This document shows positions 11,567 through 24,782 of a stretch of DNA of 64,000 nucleotides, one piece after another. The stretch's first letter is position 1; each line of letters starts with the position of its first letter. Origin of the DNA: Marsupella aquatica (taxonomy: Eukaryota; Plantae; Marchantiophyta); contig OZ316895.1 of assembly GCA_973895155.1 (NCBI GenBank), positions 1,626,412 through 1,690,411 on the forward strand, written 5' to 3'. The notes beneath the pieces are model-generated. The model worked only from the letters and a program-made list of their open reading frames with translations. It made no database searches and was not told where the DNA came from. Both the position numbers and the translations under genes were made by a program.

Positions 11567-13077
11567 ACTTTGAGGAAAAGTTTTCCTTCTTTGTCGCAAT
11601 CCGCAGAACCTCTCTTTTCACTGCTCTATCACACGTGAGTGCGAGGTTGTTGCGATTCCCATTATGGTGGAAAGGTTCTTCCTCGAGCACCGCATCACAA
11701 CTACACTGCAACGTGTATAAGTGCAACATATATAATGTAGACACCGAATGTAGCAGTGCAGGAACATAATGTATTTAGTGGATAATTCTGGCTGGTGTCT
11801 TCCGTGGAGCCTGCACATGCACACGCCTGGAGACACGGTTCACTGTATCGATCCGGGTACCGTAGTGAATCACGACTATCTAGGAAGGCGCGAGTAGTTT
11901 CACTTTTTCGCCGCGAATGGAAAGTGTGTGAAGGAGAAGATGCTCAAAAGATTTACTATTGGATCATTTTCTTGACTGTCAGATCTCCCTAGATTTAAGG
12001 CTGACCCTTAGATTCTGGCTAATGAGACCTGGGATTAGGTGAAACACTGGCTAATGAGAAAGCAAAAAAGTAGCGAATTTTAGCCAAAAGTGGCGAAAGA
12101 TTTTCGGGGAGGTGGAATCTAGCGAATTTTCGCCACTAAAAAAAACACTGGTTTGGATAGTTTGACGGCTCGGATCTAGCTTTTTCCCTGCGTCTCCCCG
12201 TTCAGCAAGCTCCAGGTGATGAGCATGATTATGTTCCCTTTGGCATTTTTGCGGCATTGTCCTCTGTGGGATTTTTATGGGCATGTTGCATTTAATGTAT
12301 ATCTGCGGTGTGGAATGAACTTGATAATCTCCACATTTCATTTCAAGAATAAACACAAGCAAAGTTCCTCGGGAAAGAAAGCAGAGCCAGTCATCCAGAT
12401 ATCTCAACACCACGGCACATCACAACATCCACCGAATTGAAACGGGCCACCGGTAATCTCCATCGATTTACAATCGTCAAAATTTTCGTTCCAACGATAG
12501 AAGATGATAGTTGCTCTAAATTCTGAGAATGTGATGTCGTCGATGGGACAGAGTATTGGCCTTTCAGGCTCTTTTGAAACATCCAAGCCTACGCCAGCTA
12601 CATGGTCTCTCAAACTCAGCCTGTTCGGACATTCGTGAAACAATTCTCTGTTGCCTCTTTTAGGTTTTACCTCGAGGCACATTTCAAGAAGCATCTTGGC
12701 TTAATGATGCAGTCGGACTTAGTGCAACCTGACTACTGCTCTGCCCCTACCCTGTGAAGAGTTCAGGATTTTGCTTAGATTGTGCAGAAACTCATAATAT
12801 GAAACGAAAGACATTGGTTTGTGTGGTTACTGTCATTCTCTGCATGATCAAATTTGAAACGGGCTCATACTAGAGTGCCACTCCAGTAATTGTCAATACT
12901 CTCAATTTATACTGCTTTCACACTCCTCCTTAATTTCTTTCTAGAAATGACGATTTGTGCTAATCATGGTCGTAATTTTCACCTGGAGTACTGAACTGAG
13001 CTTACGTAACAAACTGAATTATGTCACTGGCAATTCAGACGTGGAACTATTTCTTTGTTTTTCTTTGAGTTTAACAG

Positions 13078-14620
13078 GGCTGGATGAATCGGAAGATGAA
13101 ATCAGGGACTCGCAGGATGAGGTCTGTGGGTTCCTTCGTGGAGACAGGATTCAAGAAATTGCATTGAGCCAGTTGTTCTAGGTGCGTTACCAAGAGACTC
13201 AACAGGAGGAGATGAAGGTGGGCATCGCCCATTTGGCCCAGCCTCGGAGGTTCCTTCCGAACAAGAGGCGAACCGGATAGAAGAAAGGATGGCTTTAATT
13301 TGTAATGAAAAACTTTAATCATCAACCAACTGGAAAGGTAGCTCTATTTCTGTGCAATCAAGGGAGACGCAGACTGGCAAGCGCATGAGACCTCATGAAC
13401 ATCGTCGGGGGTTTTATGTTGCTGAATTATTGCTTTTCTGTTTTTGTCGTTGCTTCACAACAACGCCATTTTCGACGAGCGACTCCAGGGTGTCTATTCC
13501 CGAGTCACTCGGAAAGAAAACGTGTAGTATCTCTTTGGCCCAGCAACTCCAAGAGCCAATTGGAGAGACAGTTGACAGCGACGGTTATCCATTCCAGAGA
13601 TTTCAAAACAGTAACTCTAGGATTGAATCTAGAGGTATTCCTCTAGCACATCGACTTCAGGAACTGGTCCAACAGGCCCAGGATGTGGTGCCATTAACTT
13701 GTCTTCCTCATCCGCAACTCAGAGTAAATATCTTATCTACAGAATTGATTTGTCATCCCAGGAGTTATTGCATACCCTGACAAATAACATTATCTCACCC
13801 ACAGTTGTGTATCGCTTGATAGACTTGCCTACTCTAATTGATGAGGAAAATGCACCATAATACTCTATTATTTTTATCATTATTATTTATTATGTAAGCT
13901 TGGTCCAACAGGAACCCAAACCCTCGAAGTGTGACATTTCAATGGCACACAGTGATTATTTTTCAACGCATGCACTCCTCAGGAATCTAATATCAAGGGG
14001 TTTTGATTTTGAATGCTTCAATTGCTTTACTGAAGGCTTGAGTGTTACCTCGAGTGTCCTGATGATGAGTACATATCTGAGAATCATATTACACTGAGAA
14101 ATTTTGGTCACATCTTGCCAGTCAACATTTCATTACCATTTGATCGTCAAAATTACCTTTCGAATTTTCATCAATAGTTGAGCATTTACGTGGCCACCAT
14201 TGAAATTGAAGCAGAATCGGGGTCATGGGAGGGAATTTTTGGCCGTAGGAGCTCCAAGTTCTGATAAACTGATTTGGCTCCTCTAAAGTGATGGGCTTTC
14301 CTGTAAACGCGCTTTCCTTATCTACCTTGTCGTGTTACTACTTATGGTTCTATAAAATGTATCACCGCTGAGCAGGTCCAAGAGCCAATTGGACGGACAG
14401 GTGACAGTGATGCTTATATACGGGCAAGATTTCAAAACAGTGAACTGAGTCTGGAAACTAGAGGTATTCGTCTAGCACTTCGACTATAAGAACTGGTCCA
14501 ACAGTCCCCAGCCGCTGGCCCTTCCACTCTTCTCCCGCACCAACTCAGAGTAATTTTCTGATCTTCAGATTGCTCACTTCGCTCCCCAATTAGTATTGCA
14601 CACCATGGGGATCATATCAC
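13078..14620 (+). pseudogene. Orphan exon remnants including a duplicated exon of about 180 nt with intron start (13544-13723 and about 14376-14549)
   Basis: QEPIGETVDSD..RFQNS..ESRGIPLAHRLQELVQQ..QLR|GT versus QEPIGRTGDSD..RFQNS..ETRGIRLALRL*ELVQQ..QLR|GT. Further AG/GT-bounded segments lie at about 13078-13121 and 13181-13337, the latter with an in-frame stop. Confidence 0.55.
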
Positions 14621-14886
14621 ACGACTTGAGGAATTCCTTGTTTGAATGTTTGGTTGTTGCGTGACGTCTGCAAGCTCTTCTGCATTGAGACTAGTTACGG
14701 GCATGAGAGTAACTGAGTCACACTACCGGCAAAATCTGACATGGAACAATGCTGTCTAGGTGAGGAATATTTGATGTGACTCTGATGCGTGCAGGGAAAC
14801 AAATGAGACAAGATACTGCATGTTGGAATAAATCGTTTGTGATCACGGGAGAGTTCGGGGCCTGAGGAGAGGAATTGAGGGGAGGA

Positions 14887-17800
14887 ATGACTTCTCGCGG
14901 TGGAGGAGATGGAGGAGGAGGAGGAAGAGGCGGAAGAGTAGGAAGGAGAGGCGGACAGGGAGGGCAAGGTGGCAGGGCCGGAGACGGGGGACGGGGTGGA
15001 AGGGGAGGCATCGGTTGGAGGCCCGTTTCTGAAGCTGAAAGGATCAGTATTGCTGACCGGCTGGAACAATTTAGAGCCAACAATGAGAAAGGTTAGTACA
15101 CCGACAGACAGTCTCATATCAGCGTAATGACTGACAATGGTCGACAAGCAGCATCATCGCTTCCTTACTGCTTTCTTGCATCTGTCTTTGGTAAGAGATT
15201 CTTGCAATTCTTTCTCAGAAGGGTTTAAAGGAATTTTTATTTATTTTACTACTCTATCCCTGACTTGAATAATTGAAAAGTTGATGTGGCGCTCAATTCT
15301 TACAGTGATCATATGTCACTTTCTGCTTCGCCAAGGTGGTATTCTTTCGGTGCGGTCACTGTAAATTGGATATCAGAACCTTTTTGGCATCTTTGTTGCA
15401 AATTTTTGGCATCAAGAAGTGAACTTTCAGACGCCTGCTTATAAACGGAGCATTTTAGGAATTTCCCGTCCAATCTCGCTTTCTGCATGTTTTGGGTTGT
15501 GCAGTTGCAGAGCGCATTGCTACTGAACGGGGTGAACAAATTGAAGATACTGTAGGTTACCAGGTAACTGCTTACCTTAATGAAATGCGATTGTTCAGTC
15601 TCATGCGTACTTATGCGGTGTCCATGTTGGGTTTGTGAGGTGGGCACCTAACCGGTATGGCAAGTAGTTCGCTGGGATATGGTTATCGTAGGTTGAATTT
15701 GGCTGAAGATTGATGTGTTAACAAAATACAGATTCGGTTGGAGTCCAGAGGGGGCAAGCATTCGTTCCTCATGTTCTGCACAAGTGGAGTTCTTCTAAGA
15801 AAATTGGTTGGTTCTGGAGGTCATTCTAAAACACATGGTGTAGGGGGTGCCGCTGATGATAGTATACTGGATGAGGCCGCTGAACTGGATGCGACACATG
15901 TTATTGTGGTAAACTCAACGCTCTTGATTGGTCTATCTTGTTGCTGGGGGTCCATTTCAGTTAGTTCTAATGTTTGATGGGAAATTTAGGGAGGTGGACA
16001 CAGCGGTCAATTTACTGCAGAACAGCAGCATTACTTCCTTTAAAGCTAAGATTTCAAAGCCTTTCCGTCATCTGTGAGCCAATTATTTGGATCTATTCCA
16101 GGATGAGATACATGAACGGGATCGAAGCTCCGACTTTTTGCTCATTGTACTCAGGTGTGGCTCTTTTCCTCCAATCCACAGGTTTTTTTTGTTTCCTTAG
16201 GTTTTTGTTTTTTGGGTTCCAGATTGTGATGCTGATGAAAGAAAGTGATCCAGGGATCTCCTTCCTATCAGACCAGACTTACGGCTGGTAAGTCTGCAAA
16301 ATTTTTCATATGGTAGATCAACATAGCACCCCACTGGACAACATACTTCATTTATTTGCTGAGTTTGTTTCCTGTCGGGAGCCTGTAAAGATGATTGTCT
16401 AAATGTGATGAGCAATTTGATTGGTCGTGTTCTTCATTCTTTAGAAAAGATTGTATCATATTCACCCTGGTGAGCATGTGCTTCTTGCAGATCCTGATGA
16501 GCGCAACACTCGATGCAGAATTATTTTCAAACTACTTTAACCAGTGTCCGTGCAAGTTCCTGGGTTTACTTATCCAGTAAGTTTCAACTCAGCATCCTAT
16601 CGAAGGGCAATTGCATCTCTTGGTGTACTTGTTATTTTTTCGGACTTTTCGGGAGATTTCGGTGTTGAAGGAGTGACGCAATTCAAACTTCCATTGAATC
16701 CTACCAGTTCGAGTAGTATCAGAAATGTTCCAGCGTCATCGTGCTTCACAAGTGACAAGTCTCTCATTAGTGATTGTAAAACCAGTAGCTGCACGTTGAA
16801 TGAATCAAGGCAGCCAACAGACCATATTTTGTCAATACTTTCAGAAATTTTTTAATTTTGAAATCCATTTGTCAACATAGAGTTTCTGGTAATGACAATT
16901 ACGTGGCAAGAAGGGCTTACGAAGTGAGGCTCAGGCATAACGGAGACAGGTTGCATCCCGCGGAACTCTCGAGGGATTAAAAACAGTGATTAAAAGAATT
17001 AAGACCTTATATCGAGAATACTTTCATTAGTATTCATACTGTTATAGATTTACCGTGTTTGGCTCTATCTCTCAGGATTTCAGATTCTCACGTTCTGTAG
17101 ACGATTTTACTCGACTCAACTGAAGTCGATTTTAAACAGCAGCAATCACTCTCCCAGACCATTGCCGCTTGTTTGGAGTGATCAGGGCCACTCTTGCTGA
17201 GCTTGAAAAGTATTGTTGAACTTTAAAGAACGTAGAAAATTGGATGAATCGTAGGTGATGCCTCTGCAAATATTAATTTCTTGTGTGGCATTTCAGGTCC
17301 GTACTTTCTATTCAGAGGATGTCCTGGCATTGACAGAGACAGAGGATAGTAGATCTACGGGGCTCAAATTGAGCAAGGAGGATGCAGATGTCATGGACGA
17401 GGCTATTAGCACGGCATGGTTAGATGATGACTTCGAGTTGCTAGTACAGATTGTAACAGAGAACCAAGGTTCATCTCTATGTAATTATCAACATCCTTTG
17501 ACTGGGGCAACAGCACTGATGGCTGCTGCTGGGAAAGGTAGGGTGGATGATGTGTCTCTTTTTCTGTCATTGGGAGCAGATCAGTCCATAGTCTCCCTTG
17601 ATGGAGTAAGTGCCTTGGATTGGGCAAAGCAATATGGGCAAGAGGAAGTCGTTGAGTTTCTGCATAATTCTCAAGCAGAAGAGTTGAATTCAGTGGCGGA
17701 GGCTGAGCTACTGCGAAAGTATCACAGTTCCATTGATCAAGAAGAAATTGATGTCGGCCTGATAGAACGGCTGCTGAAATACATATGTGGGACCCCAAGT

Positions 17801-20335
17801 GACAATAAAGATATGAACCAGAGTGGTGCAGTGCTCGTTTTTCTCCCCGGGTGGGAGGACATAATGAAGACCAGAGATGTTCTCCAAGCCTCACCTCTAT
17901 TTGGTGACAGCTCTCGCTATTTGCTACTACCTTTACATTCTATGGTCCCGTCCAGTGAGCAAAGAAAAGTGTTCCTTCCCCCTCCCCCAGGAATTCGGAA
18001 AATTGTTCTTTCAACCAATATCGCAGAAACTGCAATCACGATTGATGATGTAGTTTATGTTATAGACAGTGGGCGAATGAAGGAGAAGAGTTATGACCCC
18101 TACAGCAACGTCTCTCTTTGCAAACAGCCTGGATTTCAAAAGCAAGTTTAAAGCAACGAGAAGGACGCGCAGGACGCTGTCAACCAGGGGTTTGTTATCA
18201 TCTCTTTTCAAAAATGCGAGCAGCAGCTCTACTTGAATTTCAACTTCCTGAAATCAAGCGGACTCCACTTGAAGAATTGTGTTTGCAGGTAACAACTTGC
18301 CCTTCAACAACTTGCTGTTACCTCAAAGTTTTGAAGCAAATGTCTGTTACTGCTGACTCTGGGGAAAACCGGGGACGGGGTCTTCTGAACTCAGTTGTTC
18401 AGATCGGGGATCGTTGTCGACTAGAATCAGGCGTGCTATGCTTAGATTGCGACGGTGATGTTGATAAAGAAACGTTAGAAAAATCAACAGTGCGTATAGT
18501 TTGTTTCGTAGGCTCTGGTTAGCCAACGATCTCATTAATGATATTGAAATGTTTTGCACTGAACAGGTGAAACTCTTGCAACCGAGCGGTAGGATTGCAG
18601 ATTTTATCTGTAAGGCCGTTTCACCTCCTCTTGAACTGGCAGTGCGAAATGCTGTCCTGTTGTTGCAAGACATTGGGGCTCTCACTGTTGATGAACGACT
18701 TACGGAGCTTGGAAAGCAGCTTGGTTCCCTACCTGTGCATCCATCGACAAGCAAAATGCTGATCTTGGCAATCCTTTTGAACTGCTTGGATCCTGCATTA
18801 ACAATTGCCTGTGCTGCTGGCTACCGAGAACCGTTTGTTCTACCAATGGCTCCTGATCAGAAGAAACGTGCTCATCTAGCCAAACAGGAACTTGCCGATT
18901 CTTATGGTGGTTACAGTGATCACCTGGCAGTAATTGCAGCTTTTGATGGATGGGAGGCAGCTAAAGCTAGGGGTCAGGGTGGTCGTTTCTATTCTCAGTA
19001 TTCTATTTCAGGTGGCACCATGCACATGCTTGCTAGTATGCGAAGACAACGTCAAAATGAGCTTGCTCAAAAAGGGTTCATACCGAAGGGATCTCAGTCA
19101 TGCAGTCTCAATTCAAAGGATCCAGGTATTGTTCGTGCTGTACTGGTAGCAGGAATGTATCCGATGGTTGGGATTCTCTTACCTCCCTTACCGAATGGGC
19201 AGAAAGCAGTAGTACAAACCGCTCGTGGAGAGAAAGTTCGAATTCATCCACATTCTGAGAACTTCAAACTTGTGCGTAGCATTCCTCAGAATAAGGCCTC
19301 CACAGATGATCTACTGCTCGTCTTCGATGAAATAACTCGAGGAGAAGCTCAGGTCTATATTAAGAATTGTACTTTAGTTAAACCGCACCCGTTAATACTC
19401 ATTTCCACAGAGATGGTGGTTGTACCTCCTGATCCAATAGTGGAATATGAAGAGGAGCAAGATGACATGTTTGACGATAGTGAGGATGAAGACATCCCAA
19501 CACAACGGCCTGTCAAGACTGCAGCGGACAGGCAGATGGCATGTATGGCTTCACCGGATAAGAATGTCACTATTGTTGTGGATTGCTGGTTACGTTTTAC
19601 TGCAACTGCGGTTGAAGCTGCTCAGTTTTATTGCTTAAGGGAGAGACTTGCTGCAGCTCTTGCTTTCAAGGTGGGGTTTGGCCATTTTCGTCGAGCACAA
19701 GAGATTTAGTGCCACCTTGTCTTCGTGCGCGAAGATATTCTTCTTATGCTTCATTGATGTTTTCTGACAGTCTCTAGTTTGAATATTTGGTTAGTTGAAT
19801 AGACCAAGTCCCTTTGTGATGGCTCTCTTTAATATAGCATGAACAGGGTTCCGTGTAAGGTTTTTTTAATACACTTTTTGTATGCCAGGTCAAGTATCCA
19901 CAAAAGACGCTGCCACCTGTGCTTGGTGCAGCTGTTCACGCAACTGCGTGCTTACTGTCTTTTGATAATACCTTAGAACTTGATTTACCACCATCAAGGA
20001 GCTATGGTAGTTCAAGTTCAAGGTCTGGTGTTGGTCCCGATCAGCGATCTTGGCTGCAAGGAAGTCCAGGTGGGAGTAGATCAGGAAGAGAACGCAACAA
20101 CGTCCCTGCGGTCAGCTCCAGCCATGCTGAAAGGGGTTCGGGGTCGCAAAGATGGGGCAACTCGTTGTATGTAGCTGTAAAGGATGGGAAGTTACCGAAG
20201 CAGGAGCTAAGCAATAATGTAAAAGTCTCAAGCGCTGGGCAGGGTGCAATTGATACCAGACATAAGGGTTACCACCACCCAGATTCTGGGCGAGGTGCAT
20301 ACTTCAAAAGGCCAAAGGGAGGTGGTGCAGGATAG
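14887..20335 (+). pseudogene. DExH-box RNA helicase, DExH6/YTHDC2-like (ankyrin insert, HA2, OB-fold), probably pseudogenised; exons 14887-15091, 15732-15908, 16102-16154, 16254-16287, 16491-16576, 17297-18288, 18567-19670, 19889-20335
   Basis: Motifs DEIHERD, ILMSAT, LVFLPGW, STNIAETAITIDDV and QREGRAGR, plus ankyrin TALMAAA..SALDWA. Frameshifts at about 16549 (86-nt exon) and about 18115 (992-nt exon). No R3H or Walker A exon is visible in 15092-15731. Confidence 0.85.
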
Positions 20336-20998
20336 TTTACTGTTCGAATGCCTCTTATTTGTGGTTGACTTTGTTTGGAAATCTGTTTGCTTCCCACACA
20401 CTAACTGTGTGCTCGAGGCTTCGAGAAAATTCAAGGACTGAGGCTTTTGAAGGCTGCCTGCAACGGAATTGTATTTTCGGGAGCAATGCACCGTGCAGAA
20501 GCAAGCAGCGGGAATCTCCTCCTCTTTGTCAATGTATCATGCACGGCTTTTAAAGCCACAAGAGACTGGTTCAAGCCAGAAAGTGAGAGAGGTTTGTAAT
20601 CTCTGTGAAACCTCCTTGCCCAAAGTTCGGAAGGCTAGTAACCTACTCTCGTCCCTAGTGTGTAAACTAAAAGCAACTGATTCAAGTCTTAGTTCTGAAA
20701 TTAGATGCCGGTGTGGTTGAGGGTTACAATTCGAGCTAGTAAAGGTTCTATTTTAGTAGTCTTTAAAGTCTATCACTTGGTTGTTGTTATGCAGGTGCTA
20801 TATTGGGTTCAGAATTAAATTGCATTAACAGGATTAGTCCGGAGGAGTACAAATGAGAAGGATTGGCCGTCAAATCAGAAGAATGGTCCCCGTGGGATGC
20901 TCTTTAAGAGAGCAGATGTTTCCAATGTCTAGTCCTAAGTCTGGGACTGTTATTTTTTCATCCGGCTTGTTTAGCCTCTGGAGAAGATAAGCTCAGTT

Positions 20999-21291
20999 GT
21001 GATTATGAATAGGACAACATTGAAGAGTGGAGATTTATCTGAGCAGATAGTGAGGAAGAAGGGACTAAAAGCAGGAACCCGTAGTCTTCCACGTTCGGAT
21101 CCATGAACCCTGGGTTCTTGGATTGCTTGTACATGAAAGGAGCATAGTGATTATGATTAAGACAACATTGAAGACTGGAGATTTATCTGAGCAGATAGAC
21201 GGGACTAATCAATCAGGGACCCGTAGTCTTCCACGTTCGGATCCATGAACCCTGGGTTCTTCGATTGCTTTGTGCATGAAAGAAGCGTAGT
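20999..21291. repeat. Tandem duplication of about 148 bp
   Basis: GTGATTATGA..GACAACATTGAAGA..GGAGATTTATCTGAGCAGATAG..CCCGTAGTCTTCCACGTTCGGATCCATGAACCCTGGGTTCTT starts at about 20999 and again at about 21147. Confidence 0.9.
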
Positions 21292-21679
21292 ATTTGTGAT
21301 TTTGCCATTCAGTCGGAATTGATCTGGTCGATTAATGCTTTCTCTCGTTATCGGAGTTATGTTTGTTTATAGTTGAGCCGTGACTTACTTGAACTGGTTA
21401 TTGAGTGGTGATTGTGCTTGGACATTTTACTTTTTGTGTTTCTGTGATTGTGCTTGCACCAGTATTTTTGTTTGTGGAGCTGTAATTATGCTTGCCACGG
21501 CCTCGCTGGAACGCAGAATAGAGCCTTATCTATTTCACCTGTGAAGAGTAAGGATGTCCAGAAGTTTGGTAAGGAAGGCAGGTTTATTAACGATTACAGC
21601 GTAAGTCTACAACCATTGCTCCTTTGTCGTTACAACAAACTACAACTTGAGAATGTCTAGGGTCCAGTGGACCGCCTTC

Positions 21680-22342
21680 CTAATTCACTTTCTTCGCGAG
21701 CAAATCTGCTCTTCCGCCAATCATCCTCTCCGCTTTCAAGCCGCGCTCGCCAGTGCGGACTCGAATGACGTCCACAACGGGAGAAATGAAGATTTTCCCA
21801 TCTCCCATTTCTCCCGTCCTAGCTTCAGTGATGATCGTCTTCACAACCGCTTCCACCTGATCTTTGGAAACGACGATTTCAAGTTTCACTTTCACCACAA
21901 GGCTGTCCTCTGAGAACTCCGACCCGGCGTACCGCTCGCGAGATCCTAATTGAGAACCGAAGCCTCGCACATCAGTGACAGTCACTCCGCGAATACCAGA
22001 ATCGATTAACGCAGCGGCAACATGAGTGAGACGCCACGGCCTAAGGACGGCCTCCACTTTGTAGAAATCCGCCTTAGGAAGGTACTCACCTGACTCCGAT
22101 CCACTTTCATCCGCTGTTCCGTTGCTGCTGGCAACACTCGCCGTTATGGAAAGGAATCCACGGCCGCCTGAGCTGACAAGTTTCCCTCCTACTTTCCGCA
22201 CCAAATGCTGTGGGCGGAACGCGACTAACGACAATTTCGAGGAGGAGCCCGGACCGTTACACAGCTTGTTGCTGCAGCTGCTGCTAGATGCAGGACACCT
22301 GAAATCGACAGGTAGAAACGCGCTCGCCAGTACAGCCGCCAT
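21680..22342 (-). CDS. GLB1: Plastid PII nitrogen-sensing protein, intronless, with C-terminal Q-loop
   Basis: Ser-rich transit peptide, then FYKVEAVLRPWRL, GIRGVTVTDVRGFGSQ, ARTGEMGDGKIF and RVRTGERG..AERMIGGRAD. Start taken at ATG 22342 rather than the upstream GTG. Confidence 0.95.
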   Translation of the reverse strand: MAAVLASAFLPVDFRCPASSSSCSNKLCNGPGSSSKLSLVAFRPQHLVRKVGGKLVSSGGRGFLSITASVASSNGTADESGSESGEYLPKADFYKVEAVLRPWRLTHVAAALIDSGIRGVTVTDVRGFGSQLGSRERYAGSEFSEDSLVVKVKLEIVVSKDQVEAVVKTIITEARTGEMGDGKIFISPVVDVIRVRTGERGLKAERMIGGRADLLAKKVN

Positions 22343-24050
22343 AGTTGTGAGCTCAAGTGTCGCCTGCCTTCTAACCTCCTGTTTCACTATTCTGCGCGCG
22401 CTACTGCCTCGTCACCTCCTTCAACAGATTCCCTCGATTGATCAGTGCAGTTCTCCGCTGCTTAGCTCAAGTGAAGTGTCCCAAGATCAAGAAAGATCCC
22501 TCTGCTTTGGCATTCATCAACTCTGCAAACTGGTGTTCCGAAGCAAATTCTCCATCAGCTTGTCTCGTACAGGATGAGACATTCCTCACGACATGGCAGA
22601 ACTGACGATGTAAACGTGGAGTGAATTCACAGCGTTCTCGGATAACCTCATTCATATATCAATAGAGCCTTCATGCACTTACAGACGTCGTACTGCTAAA
22701 GCGAAGAGGCCGCCGCCAAGAGGCCCCAGCTATCGACGAATGAGGCGAAGATTGGCACCGTCTTCGACTCGCTGCGTATTCAGTTTACAGCCAAGCAGAG
22801 AGTCTCGGTGAGGTCTGCTGTCGCTTGACTGACGTGAAAGTGCAATTCGTCGTATGTAACGATCAGGATCAGGAGACAGAATAGGATATACTCGAGCGCG
22901 AACAGTACTTTGTGGCTGTCGTGTTTCTTTTCTAACTGCCTGAAACAAAATTGAAGGGACACGCCCAAGAGACACCTACCCACCTGATTGTAACTCACCT
23001 GCTCCGCTTATAAACCCTTCAGGCGGAAAAAGAGATCTCGGTTCTTACCTACTATTATTGTAGAACCAGGTAGGAGACCAACGGAAGCTGAGGTAAGGGC
23101 TTGAGATATGAACCAAGTAACCAAGGCCGGTAGTGGTTGAGATACATCTGGCTCTTCACAGGTCTCCGTGCTAGGAAAGAGGACCTCTCGAAGGCTGATG
23201 ATTCTCGGCATTTAGGCTTGCTTCCAGACTAGTCGAAAGGGTTATAATTATTTTTTCTGTGCATTGATTTACATTCGCAGACAGTAATCCATAAGGTCTT
23301 TGAGTGATTCGTGATGAGTGTTCAATTATCTTTGTCAGGTAACCGAGGTGGCAGAAATTTCCCTGGGAACGGTTTTGATTATCAGGGGAGAGACGGTAAG
23401 TCATCCAACCACATACCCCAGAAGGCTTCGTAGTGGCCACTTCGACAACCTACGTGTTTGAAGCAGTTTGTCGAGGGAATTCCAATCTTCTCTGGGAAAC
23501 CCCAATCTGGTAGGCATGTGTGCCTAAGGTAAGGATCACATCAACCCAAATTCGAAAATACGAAGAGGGTCCTGATCTGGTGAGAAAATTCTGACCGTTT
23601 TGCTTAAGGCTGAACGAGTATCTATCGTGCTTTGTTGGATACACTCACATGAGAGAATGCATGCTCAGATTAGGGAATGCATGTTCAACTGGTGGAACAC
23701 ATTTTTGGATCCATTGGAGTAGAACAATCCAAGCTTTGGCTCTGGTTTGTGGTTCAAGAGTGAACGATTCTTTCTTTCTTTGTTAACTCATCATGATCGA
23801 CAATTCATATTAAGTGGCGGGACAGTGTTTTGAATTCAGTAGGGTAGAACATGCCAGCTCTTCCAATTTCAGGTCGTTTAACTCTCTTTATTTTAAAAAA
23901 ACTGTTTAGTAGTCATCGCTATATTATGGATTCTTCGAGTCCATCAATTTGAGAACAGGTATTCAGTTTAGCCAAAGGAAACTTTGGTGGGTGAAATTAC
24001 AGAGGCAGAGGAGGGTCATTCACTAGTGAGGGTAGCATTATTGTGTAGGC

Positions 24051-24782
24051 ATGTACCAACCTGACAATACTTGCGTTCAACGCTGGTTTGCAGAGCTGAC
24101 TGGCTATGAAACGTGCAATGAATGCAAGGGCCTGATCGTCGATGTCGGATCCACCACTCACACTTCCCACAATTCCCACTCTTCACCCTCCCCGCACTCC
24201 CTCGGTTCGCCAACTTTTGAGCCCAGCATATTGCAGCGAGAGTCCGAAGAAGAACCTCAACAACCTATTCATGGTCAAACCATTCAGAACAACATCACCG
24301 CCACTACCACAGGGGCCGTCAATTGCCAAAATTGTCAGAAACCTGCAAAAGGTTGTGTGATTCCATACAAAGAAGAGCCTCACAACTCCGTCTCCAACAC
24401 GAGAATGATATGGGAATGCCGAGGACTGAGAAATTTCTACCCTGGCTTCATCCGACCGGCCCCTGGACCTTGCAGCGCTTGCCGAAGGACGATAGGGCCC
24501 CATCCTACCAAATGCCCTGGTTGCAACCACAGATATATGATGCAAATTGCAGAGAACCCGCAACGTCCCCATGGCTACGTCGGTAAAAGGCCTCCCTTCG
24601 GTCAAGCGGGATGGAGGGTAGCTCGCGGCCATCGCAAACCCAAGCCCGTCACCCTGAACAGCTACGGTTGCTACATGCAACGAAAACCGAGTTGTTACAG
24701 GGGTGCGGATAAGGAAAACTTCACTCATCTTGGGCAACCTCCTTCTATGCTGGTCAACTTCAAGGGTTGCCCTAGAATGTGA
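24051..24782 (+). CDS. Uncharacterised 243-aa Cys/Pro-rich protein with four CxxC pairs
   Basis: ATG ORF immediately after a TGTGTAG acceptor-like site, with CNEC, CQNC, CSAC and CPGC. No family recognised. Confidence 0.45.
   Translation: MYQPDNTCVQRWFAELTGYETCNECKGLIVDVGSTTHTSHNSHSSPSPHSLGSPTFEPSILQRESEEEPQQPIHGQTIQNNITATTTGAVNCQNCQKPAKGCVIPYKEEPHNSVSNTRMIWECRGLRNFYPGFIRPAPGPCSACRRTIGPHPTKCPGCNHRYMMQIAENPQRPHGYVGKRPPFGQAGWRVARGHRKPKPVTLNSYGCYMQRKPSCYRGADKENFTHLGQPPSMLVNFKGCPRM

Noticed and set aside
22700-23700. Short minus-strand ORFs with splice-like sites upstream of PII
   Set aside because: No coherent frame or similarity.
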